Shown here piece by piece: positions 18,443 through 28,036 of a stretch of 64,000 nt of DNA (its first letter is position 1; every line of letters starts with the position of its first letter). The stretch is from Promethearchaeota archaeon (GTDB lineage: Archaea; Asgardarchaeota; Lokiarchaeia; Sigyniarchaeales; SOKP01). The stretch covers positions 32,001 to 96,000 of the forward strand of contig JBHLOY010000008.1 of assembly GCA_048939995.1 (NCBI GenBank), read 5' to 3'. Under the pieces are notes generated by a model. It searched no databases and was not told the DNA's origin. It saw nothing but the letters and a program-made list of their open reading frames with translations. Made by a program: the position numbers and the translations under genes.

Positions 18443-19822
18443 ATGGAAACAAGCAAGAAGAAAGATAAAGTACATTCCCTAGGTGGTCATTTATTATACT
18501 CTCTTGGAGCAGTCCCATCTGCTCTTCCATACAATATGATTTCAGCAAGTGTTTTACTCTTTTATGTAACTGTAGTCAAATTAGACCCTATTCTATTTGG
18601 AATTGTTTGGATTCTTTATGGAATATGGAATGCGGTTAATGATCCCTTAATTGGATATTTAATGGATAAGATTCAACTAAAGAAAGGTAGAAGAATTCCT
18701 TATATTATATATGGAACAATCCCATTAACATTTGGGTTTATATTTCTATGGTGGGTGCCTTATCCAAGCTCAGCCCAAACCTTAATTTTTATACATTGCC
18801 TCATTATGTTATTCCTTTTTGATTTAGGATTTACTTTCTGCATGATAAGTTGGTCAGCTTTGTATACTGAAATGTATGAAACTGAGAAGGAGAGGGCTAG
18901 TGTGGTGGCTATAAAAGACTTGATAGCATTTATTGCCTCATTTATAGGAATACTTATACCACCTGCTTTAGCAGCTGCAATTAGTTGGGAGTTTACAGGA
19001 CTTTTAATAGGTTTATTTATTCCTATTACGATGTTTCTTTCAATTCTTGGAAGTCAAGAAAAAAAAGAATATCAGATTGACAAACCATTACCATTTTTAT
19101 CAGCGATTAAAGAAGCATTTTCAAATAAACCGTTTGTAATTATTACTTTAACTTATACATTAATCGATTTTGCTTTTGGATTGACTATTATGGTTTTACC
19201 TTTGTTTGCTAAATATGTACTTTTAGTTCCTACAGGTATGGAAGGATTGAGTGCCGCAGGAGTAGCTATTGGTATTATTTTAAGTGTTCCTTTATGGAGA
19301 TGGATATATTCCAATAAAGGGCCTAAATTTGGATTATTATTTGCCTTAATATTTTACACAGTTACAATTTATCCCTTGTTTCTAATTGGAGATTTTATGA
19401 CATTACTACTAGTTACTATCATTCCAGGGATAGGCGTTTCCGGAATGCTCATGACGGAACCTGCTATTAGTACCGCGATCGATTATGATGAAATAAGAAT
19501 TAGCAAACGTAGAGAAGCCACTTATAATGGCATATTAACTTTAATTGCTAGGTTATCTCTTGTAATTTCAGGAATTACTCTAATAATCGTGCAAGAAATT
19601 AGTGGATTCGATCCAAACATTGAGGATCCATTATTACAACCTATATCGGCTATTGCTGGTTTGAAAATTCTAGTTTCACTGGTACCAGTTTTAGGAGGTT
19701 TCTGTGCAACATTGATTTTTGCTTTTTTTCCAATTAATCTTGATCGATTTAATGAAATACAGAAAAAATTACAAATATTTCATGAAGAAAGAAGAGATAA
19801 GGCACGAAAAGCCTTAAATTAA
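18443..19822 (+). CDS. MFS transporter, GPH/MelB sugar:cation symporter family
   Basis: WNAVNDPLIG, GRRIPY, IDYDE...RRE; about 12 hydrophobic segments. Confidence 0.9.
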   Translation: METSKKKDKVHSLGGHLLYSLGAVPSALPYNMISASVLLFYVTVVKLDPILFGIVWILYGIWNAVNDPLIGYLMDKIQLKKGRRIPYIIYGTIPLTFGFIFLWWVPYPSSAQTLIFIHCLIMLFLFDLGFTFCMISWSALYTEMYETEKERASVVAIKDLIAFIASFIGILIPPALAAAISWEFTGLLIGLFIPITMFLSILGSQEKKEYQIDKPLPFLSAIKEAFSNKPFVIITLTYTLIDFAFGLTIMVLPLFAKYVLLVPTGMEGLSAAGVAIGIILSVPLWRWIYSNKGPKFGLLFALIFYTVTIYPLFLIGDFMTLLLVTIIPGIGVSGMLMTEPAISTAIDYDEIRISKRREATYNGILTLIARLSLVISGITLIIVQEISGFDPNIEDPLLQPISAIAGLKILVSLVPVLGGFCATLIFAFFPINLDRFNEIQKKLQIFHEERRDKARKALN

Positions 19823-19870
19823 TTCTAACGAAAGAAGTAAATTTAAAAAAAATTTTAATTAATTTTTATT

Positions 19871-20149
19871 TTAAGCCTTTCTTCTAAAACGGTTTATTAG
19901 TTTTACCAATAATATTAAACCAATTATGGCCATTGCAAATAAGATTAATGTACTGAAAGGTGTGAAGGAACAATGTGCATAATATCCTAAAAAACATAAC
20001 TTACTTGCTTCATCAGGTATTAAAGTAATTATCCCCGAAGAAACTCCGCCAGCTATTAATCCGATTAAAAGTATTAAGTAGATTCCTAGAAGTATTGCTT
20101 TAATTACTTTTGACAATTTACTTATATTCAAATTTTCATGAATCTGCAA
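19871..20149 (-). CDS. Small two-TM membrane protein
   Basis: Two hydrophobic stretches flanking ASKLCFLGYYAHCSFTPFST. Confidence 0.65.
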   Translation of the reverse strand: MQIHENLNISKLSKVIKAILLGIYLILLIGLIAGGVSSGIITLIPDEASKLCFLGYYAHCSFTPFSTLILFAMAIIGLILLVKLINRFRRKA

Positions 20150-20309
20150 AATTGTTCACACAATGTTTTTGATTTAATTAATCATACACATTTTTAATCA
20201 TTTAATTCCATGTACGACAAGGATTAAATAAAAAAATAAACATATATCGTTGAAATAATAAGTATTTATATTATATAGCTAATAAAATCTGGATTGTATA
20301 TTCCATCTC

Positions 20310-20325
20310 TCAACTAGGTAGTTGA
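20310..20325. promoter_or_regulatory. Perfect inverted repeat TCAACTA-GG-TAGTTGA
   Basis: About 20-30 nt downstream of a minus-strand TTTATATATA box, between the Lrp gene and the small membrane gene. Confidence 0.45.
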
Positions 20326-20442
20326 AATTTTATCACTTGTATAATATATATAAAGAAGGTCCTTTAGAAGGCTGCAATTCCCGTACAATAGAGCAAATAA
20401 GTCTATTTATTTCAGATAAATTAAAGCCATAATAGGCAATTC

Positions 20443-21354
20443 TTATTTATATAATAGCTTTTCTTTCCAAGTTTCATAATAAAAGACTTTATACATAATA
20501 TCAACAATTATTGAATCAATCTTTTCTTTTTTTATATTTTCAACCAAATCTGTTAACTCTTTCATATTATTAGCCCATACCCAACAAACAATTAGATTTG
20601 GTAAATTACTAAATGTCCAGCAGTAGAAGAGCATAGGTTCATATTTACTGTTCAAATGTTTTGCAAAATCGTTTTTATCAATTGGGGGGTTTACAGTGAT
20701 TTGAAAAAGGGCAAATATATCATTAGAGCCCTCAGGATTAAAATTAATCGAAAGTTCAATTATCCCTTCTTGAATTAGTCTAGTTAAGCGACGGCGAATT
20801 GTATTTGAGGTACTAGTAAGATCGTCAGCAATCTCTGATATAGGTTTTCGGGAATCTTTATTCAATGATCGAATTATCCCTAGATCTAGTTTATCATAAT
20901 TCATAGATCTGGATTTTGGAACAATATAGGGAACGGGGACTTTATATTGCACACCAGAAAGTAGTCCAATTTCTGGAGACTGAATCTGAGCTGTGTGAGA
21001 AATAAATGAGGAATAATCATCTAATTGATGAATACTTTCCAACATCGCACCAATATACAAATAATTCCTACCAGATAAGATTATCTGCCATGTATTTTCG
21101 TGTTTTCCTAGTTCAGATACTACTTTATCCAAATCTTGAGCCTCGCTTTGCCCAAAGATAAAACAATAGATTGCATTAATCGCATATGGTTTTAAGCTTG
21201 CGGTAAATCTTTCAATAATGTTTAAATCCATAAGGTTCTGTATTCTTTTATAAACAGCGTTTACAGAAAGTCCTAGATAATCTGAAATCTCTCTATATGT
21301 TAATCTTGAATTATTAAATAAAAGTAGAATAATCTTGAGATCAATTTCATCCAT
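20443..21354 (-). CDS. Lrp/AsnC-family regulator with two HTH modules
   Basis: MDEIDLKII...NSRLTYREIS and DKLDLGII...DSRKPISEIA repeats. Confidence 0.88.
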   Translation of the reverse strand: MDEIDLKIILLLFNNSRLTYREISDYLGLSVNAVYKRIQNLMDLNIIERFTASLKPYAINAIYCFIFGQSEAQDLDKVVSELGKHENTWQIILSGRNYLYIGAMLESIHQLDDYSSFISHTAQIQSPEIGLLSGVQYKVPVPYIVPKSRSMNYDKLDLGIIRSLNKDSRKPISEIADDLTSTSNTIRRRLTRLIQEGIIELSINFNPEGSNDIFALFQITVNPPIDKNDFAKHLNSKYEPMLFYCWTFSNLPNLIVCWVWANNMKELTDLVENIKKEKIDSIIVDIMYKVFYYETWKEKLLYK

Positions 21355-21414
21355 AAAGTATAGAAATTAAATAAGAAATAAATGTGTTTAGTTCAATGTC
21401 TTGGAAAAGAAGAG

Positions 21415-22587
21415 TTATAGGTATTGAATTCTTCCATCTTTAATTTTACACTTATCTTTTAAAATTTCAGGATAATATTTAATAGTTTGATTTATCAATT
21501 CTCTATACTTTTCGGAGGTTTCAATAATTTTATGAGGAGGATTCTCTCCAATTGCCTTTTGGACTAACTCTAATATATGATATAACTCTAAATTACTTTC
21601 TTTTGCAGGTTTTGCTAGTGCTAAGCAACCAGTACAGCTAACAGCAATAGTGGTTGCCTCAATTTCTTTAGCTTCTGAAATTCTCATCCCTGAAACAACT
21701 TTGAAATATTCTTTATTTGAACCTGCTAAAGATGAGCCACAACACAGAGTTTTGTTTAAGTTATGTTTCATCTCGACTACTTCAGCACCCAATATCTCAA
21801 GTAATTCACGTGGACTATCAAAAATCTTTTTATCTAAATTCCTCCAAGCACATGGATCATGAAACGTTATCCTTTCCTTGATTTTATTCTTAATTTTTAA
21901 TTCATCTTTATGATATTTCTCAATAAAATAACTACTAAATGTTTGTAGTTCAATACTTTTTTTAAATTCTGGAATAAGATTAGAATACGTATTCAACATT
22001 CTTATACATCCAGGACAAAATACAATGAATTTGTGTATTCCAAGAACATTAAAATCTTCTAAAAGTGTCCTTCCTTTTATTATGACTTCTTCTTCTCCAA
22101 ATATTTTTGTGTATGAACCACAACAATATTTAACTCCACCCATTTTGGGGAATTCATCCAGTAATTTTGTGTTTATTAAATCCGTCTGAACATAAGAAAG
22201 TCCGCATCCTAAATAGAACATGTGACTACTTTTTGGTGGATGTTGATATTGTTGAATATTCTGTCTCAATCTCTCATCTCCTAGATATAATGCCAAAGTT
22301 GCATCATTGAGTTCTATTTCTTCATGTGGTAAATAAAAACATGGTAAACCTTCATTTTTTAGCTCTTTAGTTGTTACTTCTCTCATCAATTCCTTAGGAT
22401 TAGATTTTGTTGGGCAGATAGTGTCACAATATGCACATCCTATGCATTTTTTAATACTTTCGCTCGCAATCTTCGTTTCTATTAAACTAATTACTTCATT
22501 CTTTGCATCCTCTTTTGTAAGATCTAGATATGGACACTCAGCTAAACAAGTTCCACAACGTTCACATCTTTCTTCAATAAACATCAT
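21415..22587 (-). CDS. Fe-S oxidoreductase, CCG-domain (HdrD/GlpC-like)
   Basis: Two CxxCxxCxxxCP motifs, two CCG motifs, HDPC. Confidence 0.88.
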   Translation of the reverse strand: MMFIEERCERCGTCLAECPYLDLTKEDAKNEVISLIETKIASESIKKCIGCAYCDTICPTKSNPKELMREVTTKELKNEGLPCFYLPHEEIELNDATLALYLGDERLRQNIQQYQHPPKSSHMFYLGCGLSYVQTDLINTKLLDEFPKMGGVKYCCGSYTKIFGEEEVIIKGRTLLEDFNVLGIHKFIVFCPGCIRMLNTYSNLIPEFKKSIELQTFSSYFIEKYHKDELKIKNKIKERITFHDPCAWRNLDKKIFDSPRELLEILGAEVVEMKHNLNKTLCCGSSLAGSNKEYFKVVSGMRISEAKEIEATTIAVSCTGCLALAKPAKESNLELYHILELVQKAIGENPPHKIIETSEKYRELINQTIKYYPEILKDKCKIKDGRIQYL

Positions 22588-22603
22588 TTCTTATCACATA
22601 TTT

Positions 22604-23860
22604 TTAATTTGTTGAGAAAAAGCGTTTAGATAAAGAGAGAGCACAATATTCCCCACACATTGAACACATATCTTGGGTAATTGGATGTTTTTTTGATGGT
22701 TCCTCAGGATCTAAACTATACTCAAATTGCTTACGCCAGTTTTTCTGAAATCGATACTGAGAAAGAGAGAGATCATTATTAAAAAGATAGTTTAACCCAA
22801 ATTTCATGGAATCTCCCACATGAGCAGCAATTTTACATGCAATTATTCCTTTCTTTATATCCTTGACTGAAGGTAAACATAAATGCTCTGCAGGGGTAAT
22901 TGAGCATAAATAATCAGCACCATATACTGAAGCGAATGACCCACCTATTGCTGCGGCAATATGATCATATCCAGGAGCAAAATCAGTTGGAAGAGGTCCT
23001 GAGACAAATAAGGGTCTATTGTTCGTAATTTTTTTATATAATTGAATTTTTTCTATCAAACTTTTAACCACGACATGACCTCCTAAACTTTCAATTATAA
23101 CTTGTATCCCCTTTGAATTCGCTCTTTTTGCAAGTTTGGCATTTAGTTTGACTTCTGAAAGTTGGAACGTATCCACTTCATCATGAATACAACCACTCCT
23201 TAAAGTATTACCTAGATTTAACACAATATCATTTTCTCGAAGGATATCCATAAGATAATCAAAATTTTTAAGAAAAGGATTTTCAATGGATTGCTCCATC
23301 ATTAAAGTCGCAGTAAAACTGCCACCTTTAGATACAATACCCATTATTCTTTTCCCTTTCATTTTTTCCAAATCATCGAGAGAAAATGCGCAATGAAGAA
23401 CAATAGAACTTATTCCATCTTTAATTTGCTTCCTTATTATATTAAAGATCATATCCTCTGTAATGTTAATTATTGATTTTGCTTCGGCAACTGCTTGGTA
23501 TATAGGAACTGTCGTTATTGGAACAATTGAAAAATCTATTATCTTTCTTCGAATCGTATCAATATTTCCACCCATGGAGAGATCTGATATTGTATCAGCA
23601 CCATATTTCTGTGCGACCTTCACCTTTTCAATCTCCTCATCTAATTCAACTAAAGAGGCAGAAGTACCAATATTAACGTTTATTTTTGTTCTAAATGGCA
23701 TACCTATACCCAGTGGAAGGTGATCTTTTCTTTTCATTATTACTGATTGGCCTTTTGATATGCTTTTCATAATAGTCTTAACATCGACTCTTTCAATCTT
23801 GGAAACTGCTATAATACCAGGATTCACTTTACCCTTTAACGCTTCTTCATATAAAGTCAT
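22604..23860 (-). CDS. thiC: Phosphomethylpyrimidine synthase ThiC family (a Bza-type paralog is not excluded)
   Basis: TKINVNIGTS, DLSMGG, TVPIYQ, GIVSKGG, GYDH, TPAEHL, CSMCGEYC. Confidence 0.85.
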   Translation of the reverse strand: MTLYEEALKGKVNPGIIAVSKIERVDVKTIMKSISKGQSVIMKRKDHLPLGIGMPFRTKINVNIGTSASLVELDEEIEKVKVAQKYGADTISDLSMGGNIDTIRRKIIDFSIVPITTVPIYQAVAEAKSIINITEDMIFNIIRKQIKDGISSIVLHCAFSLDDLEKMKGKRIMGIVSKGGSFTATLMMEQSIENPFLKNFDYLMDILRENDIVLNLGNTLRSGCIHDEVDTFQLSEVKLNAKLAKRANSKGIQVIIESLGGHVVVKSLIEKIQLYKKITNNRPLFVSGPLPTDFAPGYDHIAAAIGGSFASVYGADYLCSITPAEHLCLPSVKDIKKGIIACKIAAHVGDSMKFGLNYLFNNDLSLSQYRFQKNWRKQFEYSLDPEEPSKKHPITQDMCSMCGEYCALSLSKRFFSTN

Positions 23861-24191
23861 TTTATTTCACGATTTATATGTCTAGAAAATCATGTTTCAA
23901 AGAAAAATACATTTAATATATGTTAAAAATACTTTTTTTCAAATAAAGTTATTCGCATTTTATAATTCTTAAAAAAATTTTCAAATTCTTAAGCATGAAT
24001 AATTAAAATGATTCACACGAGTACTTCTATCCTTTTTCTATCAATATTATTATAGAAAATCTCATAAAAATTGAATATTTTATTTCAATTTTCTTTAAAA
24101 AGCAAAAATTTAATTGCTTTTGATTCCTCTTAAGATTAGTTCTCTAAGAACTTATATATATTTGAATAAAATAAGAAATTTGGTAATTTAA

Positions 24192-24437
24192 TTGCAAGGA
24201 ACAGTAAAATGGTTTAATGGCCGTAAAGGCTATGGATTTATAACCTCTGAAGAGGGAAATGATATTTTCGTTCATTTCTCGGCTATTACTGGAGGCGATA
24301 ACGAATTTAAGACATTAAATGAAAACGATAAAGTTGAATTCGATGTCGTTGAAGGTCAAAAAGGACCCCAAGCAAGTAACGTTGTCGTTACTGAAAAGGC
24401 TCCTCAACAAAGTAGCTCATATAATAGATTCTATTAA
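24192..24437 (+). CDS. Cold-shock domain protein 1
   Basis: GTVKWFN, KGYGFI (RNP1), DIFVHFS (RNP2). Confidence 0.95.
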   Translation: MQGTVKWFNGRKGYGFITSEEGNDIFVHFSAITGGDNEFKTLNENDKVEFDVVEGQKGPQASNVVVTEKAPQQSSSYNRFY

Positions 24438-24685
24438 TCTTATGGAAAATTATAAATCTAAATAAGTAACAAATTAAAATAAGTAGTATGTAATAAGTAG
24501 TAAAACTCCTTTTACGATTATTATCAACACTTATCATTTTTTTCTTTATTTTCAAAATACGGTAGATTTCTTTTATTTTTTGAATAAGAAATTTTTTCTA
24601 ACATCTGAAAAAAGTTAAAATTTATTATGGTTGTACCTTATTTCTAATTAGATTTAAATTTAAAAAGATATTAAGAATTAGAAAT

Positions 24686-24946
24686 TTGGTTTTAAAGTTG
24701 GTAAATGGAACTGTAAAATGGTATAATCACCGTAAAGGCTATGGATTTATAACCTCTGAAGAGGGAAAAGACATATTTGTACATTATACTGCTCTAGTTG
24801 GTAGGGATGACGAATATGTCACTCTTAATGAGAATGATAAGGTTACTTTCGATGTAGTTCAAGGTCAAAAAGGACCTCAGGCAAGTAACGTTGTCATTAC
24901 AGAGAAAGCGCCTCCTCAACTTCGAAAAGGCGGTTTTCGAATTTAA
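24686..24946 (+). CDS. Cold-shock domain protein 2
   Basis: GTVKWYN, KGYGFI, DIFVHYT. Confidence 0.95.
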   Translation: MVLKLVNGTVKWYNHRKGYGFITSEEGKDIFVHYTALVGRDDEYVTLNENDKVTFDVVQGQKGPQASNVVITEKAPPQLRKGGFRI

Positions 24947-25173
24947 ACTTGTAAATAATTATGAACCTACAAAATTTGATAAACTGTTCTATGAAGTGAA
25001 GATACTTCTATGATCTTTATCGAACTTTATTCTTTTTTTTTATTCTAATGGCTCTATTTAATAGTATTTAGCATTAATTTTTCGATATCCCTAGAAACCA
25101 AAAGCTTAATTGAGATGCTTTTTTTTTATAATTAATTCTCTTAGATATACGAGAATTTTTTTAAAATAAGAAA

Positions 25174-25473
25174 ATGGTTTTAAAATTGGTACACGGAACA
25201 GTAAAATGGTTTAATGGCCGCAAAGGCTATGGATTTATAACATCTGAAGATGGAAGTGATGTCTTCGTTCATTTTTCCGCTTTATCAGGTGGAGAGGATG
25301 AATATAAAACATTAAATGAAAATGACAAAGTTGAGTTTGAAGTTACTGAAGGTGAAAAAGGACCACAAGCTAGCAATGTGGTAGTAACTGAGAAGGCACC
25401 TCGCCAAGCGAGTTCATTTAACAAAGGTGGAAGTCGTGGTGGTCGAGGTGGTAGACGATCTCCTCGTTTTTAA
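25174..25473 (+). CDS. Cold-shock domain protein 3 with RGG tail
   Basis: RNP1/RNP2 motifs; C-terminal [15 protein letters not shown]. Confidence 0.95.
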   Translation: MVLKLVHGTVKWFNGRKGYGFITSEDGSDVFVHFSALSGGEDEYKTLNENDKVEFEVTEGEKGPQASNVVVTEKAPRQASSFNKGGSRGGRGGRRSPRF

Positions 25474-25678
25474 AATTTATGACTTGTTATAAATCACAAA
25501 TAAGTAATAATAAATAGGAATTAGAAATTAGTAAAAATCTGTTTTTGCGAGTTATCGAACCCTATCTTTTTTTTTTGATTTTTTATTCTTTTAATTTTTA
25601 AGTTGAATTGATCTCCGTTATAGAAGAGTCTGATATAGAAAGTAAAATTCGCTTAGTTTATTATTAAAAAAAATTTGA

Positions 25679-26068
25679 TTAAAGAGGAATATTATTTATG
25701 TCCAGATTTTCTGGTATCAAGCCTTTCCGTTGTAACCAAGAAACTTCATGTTTTAAGTATCTCCAAAAAATTTCACACCTTTCACTTTGACCTTTAATTT
25801 CAGTCTCGAATTTCCAGGGATTGATTATGACTAAATCACCTTTTCTTATCCAGACTCTCTTCTTTATTTTTCCTCGAATCCGTCCTAAACGATGTTTTCC
25901 ATCCTCGCAATAAACCCCCATCCGTTCTTGTCCATAAATATCGGTTACTCTACCATACATTTCCCCATTTTTCCTATATGGAGTTTTTACACGACTTATT
26001 TCTGGTTGTGGATTTGGTCCAAAAGTTCTTCTTCCTTTCTTGGTTTGCTTTTTTTTCATCTTTGGCAT
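25679..26068 (-). CDS. eif1a: Translation initiation factor aIF-1A
   Basis: Basic N-tail, CEDG..R.GRIRGKIKKRVWIRKGDLV, WRY. Confidence 0.93.
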   Translation of the reverse strand: MPKMKKKQTKKGRRTFGPNPQPEISRVKTPYRKNGEMYGRVTDIYGQERMGVYCEDGKHRLGRIRGKIKKRVWIRKGDLVIINPWKFETEIKGQSERCEIFWRYLKHEVSWLQRKGLIPENLDINNIPL

Positions 26069-26535
26069 AAAATATACACTTTTTTTGTATTAAAATTGTA
26101 AATCCGATTTTCTAAAAACATCGAAATTCAAGTAATAACTCAATATATTGAAATTCGAAAATAAGTATAGAATTTCGCAATCTGCGAATTAATATTTCTA
26201 TGATAAAATATTATCTATCTTTATTTACAATCTAATATGGTAGAATTAGATCATATATGTATTTTATGGAATTTTTCTTTCCATTTTTTTCTAAATTCTA
26301 TTTTTTTCTATTACCAATCATCAAAAATTGTCATTAAAAGTAAGCAAACGAAAAAATCATTGAAAATCATTTTAAAATTAATCTTGATTTTCGCTTTGCC
26401 ATTATTAATAGAAATGTTGGACTTTTTTGTATTTTAATCATAGGATTAAAAAATAAAGTAAAAATAGTTAAATGTAAAGAAAAATAAATTAAAATATATA
26501 AAAGATTTAATAAGAGTTCATATGGTGTGTAAATC

Positions 26536-26883
26536 TTGGCTGATTATAAAGAAATAATTGGTTGGTTTTTTGGTGCAGCTATTGCTGTCGTTTGGATTGC
26601 TTTTGGAATTCTCGGAGCAGGGAATATGTTGTTTCTTGCTGTTGCCATCTCCCTTACTATATTGTTTGGGGTATTGTCTGGAGGATTCATTGCGCTAAGC
26701 AAAGGAAAAAATAATTATAAAGAAGTCATTGGCTGGTTGTTTGGCGCAGCTATAGCAGTTGTTTGGATACTCTTTGCATTAATTGCACCGGGGGATTTGG
26801 TGTTTCTTGTTGTTGCCATCTCTCTTACGATATTATTTGGTGTATTAGCTGGTGGACTTATTAAGTTAGGCACAAAATCTTAA
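26536..26883 (+). CDS. Four-TM membrane protein made of a 57-aa tandem duplication
   Basis: YKE(I/V)IGW.FGAAIAVVWI...AISLTILFGVL.GG occurs twice, 171-nt period. Confidence 0.8.
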   Translation: MADYKEIIGWFFGAAIAVVWIAFGILGAGNMLFLAVAISLTILFGVLSGGFIALSKGKNNYKEVIGWLFGAAIAVVWILFALIAPGDLVFLVVAISLTILFGVLAGGLIKLGTKS

Positions 26884-26994
26884 ATAGACTAAAAAAATTT
26901 TTATAAATTTTCTTTTTTTTTAAAATCCTCAAAAAAAAAGCGAAAGAGAAGGAAAAAAGTCTTTAAACGAGGAAATAAAAATAACTTTGTAGAT

Positions 26995-27645
26995 ATGGAA
27001 GAACACAAGATAGTGGAATCAAAAAATCTTAAAGAATATATTAAAAATTTAGACATTGACATTTTTGGTTTTGCTGACATGCATTTATTATTGGAAATGG
27101 AGACAGGAATTCCCACAGATTTGAAGAAATTCATAAATATGTTTCCATATGCCATTGTATTAGGTGCTCAATATGGAAAGTTAGGGAAAAAAGCCTCCGG
27201 TGGCAAAACAGCATTATTCTTGGAAGAAGCTGCTTTTTCTATAATGGAATATTTAGAAAGTAAGGGTTATAAGCAACTTATTATCCATACCGAAGATGAA
27301 TTTGATCCTATTAATCGGTTAGGATTTATGTCTCTTAAACTTTTGGCAAAAACAGCAGGTCTTGGCTGGCAAGGTAGATCGCTATTAATTATTTCTCCAG
27401 AATATGGCCCCTTACATCGCTTAATCGCAATTTTGACAGACTTGCCACTTCAAACTAATCAAGTAATAAAAAATAAATGTGGTAATTGTCGAAGATGCAT
27501 AGAAGCTTGTCCTCAAAGCGCACTTAATTTTGTTGCCTTTGAGGATCATCCTTCACATCGAGAAGAAGTTTTAGATATAAAGACTTGTTTAGGCGATAAT
27601 GGATGTTTAGTATGTCTTTTATCTTGTCCTTGGCTAAAAAAGTAA
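26995..27645 (+). CDS. Epoxyqueuosine reductase (QueG)-like Fe-S protein
   Basis: AGLGWQGR, PEYGP..RL..ILTDL, CGNCRRCIEACP, CLVCLLSCPW. Confidence 0.8.
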   Translation: MEEHKIVESKNLKEYIKNLDIDIFGFADMHLLLEMETGIPTDLKKFINMFPYAIVLGAQYGKLGKKASGGKTALFLEEAAFSIMEYLESKGYKQLIIHTEDEFDPINRLGFMSLKLLAKTAGLGWQGRSLLIISPEYGPLHRLIAILTDLPLQTNQVIKNKCGNCRRCIEACPQSALNFVAFEDHPSHREEVLDIKTCLGDNGCLVCLLSCPWLKK

Positions 27646-28036
27646 AAATTTAAAGTTGCCAAGGATAAAATAAGCCAAACCTCGTTTGACATTATTATTT
27701 ATTACGAATATCAAATAAAAATTTAACACAATCAGCATTAACGTTTTTACCTTTAAATCCAGCTAATTCTAAATGTTCTTTACTTGCTCGCCAAAACTCA
27801 CCTGAAGATATCAGGATAAATGTGAAGAGAAATATTCTTTAATTTAATTAAGGTTAAAAATAATGGATTTACTTTTATTATTTCCTCTTTTATTGCTTCC
27901 ATGAAGTATTGATTGGTGGAAATAGATTGATTCAAATATTCTAAGCATTTTTTTATTTGTTTATAACCATTTCTATGACTAATTTCATTTATATATAGTT
28001 TATTTCAAAAAAAAATTGAAAACAAAAAAAATAATA

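Noticed and set aside
23861-24191. Possible TPP riboswitch upstream of thiC
   Set aside because: Very AT-rich; no CTGAGA core or TPP aptamer stems visible.
24975-25024. SECIS-like ATGA…GA hairpin after csp2
   Set aside because: Inner helix too short and no in-frame TGA in the adjacent genes; treated as part of the csp 3' structure.
26174-26188. TTCGCA-ATC-TGCGAA inverted repeat upstream of aIF-1A
   Set aside because: Single 6-bp repeat with no second copy or supporting context.
26237-26437. 66-aa ORF
   Set aside because: Low-complexity F/I/K composition from AT-rich intergenic DNA; no motif.
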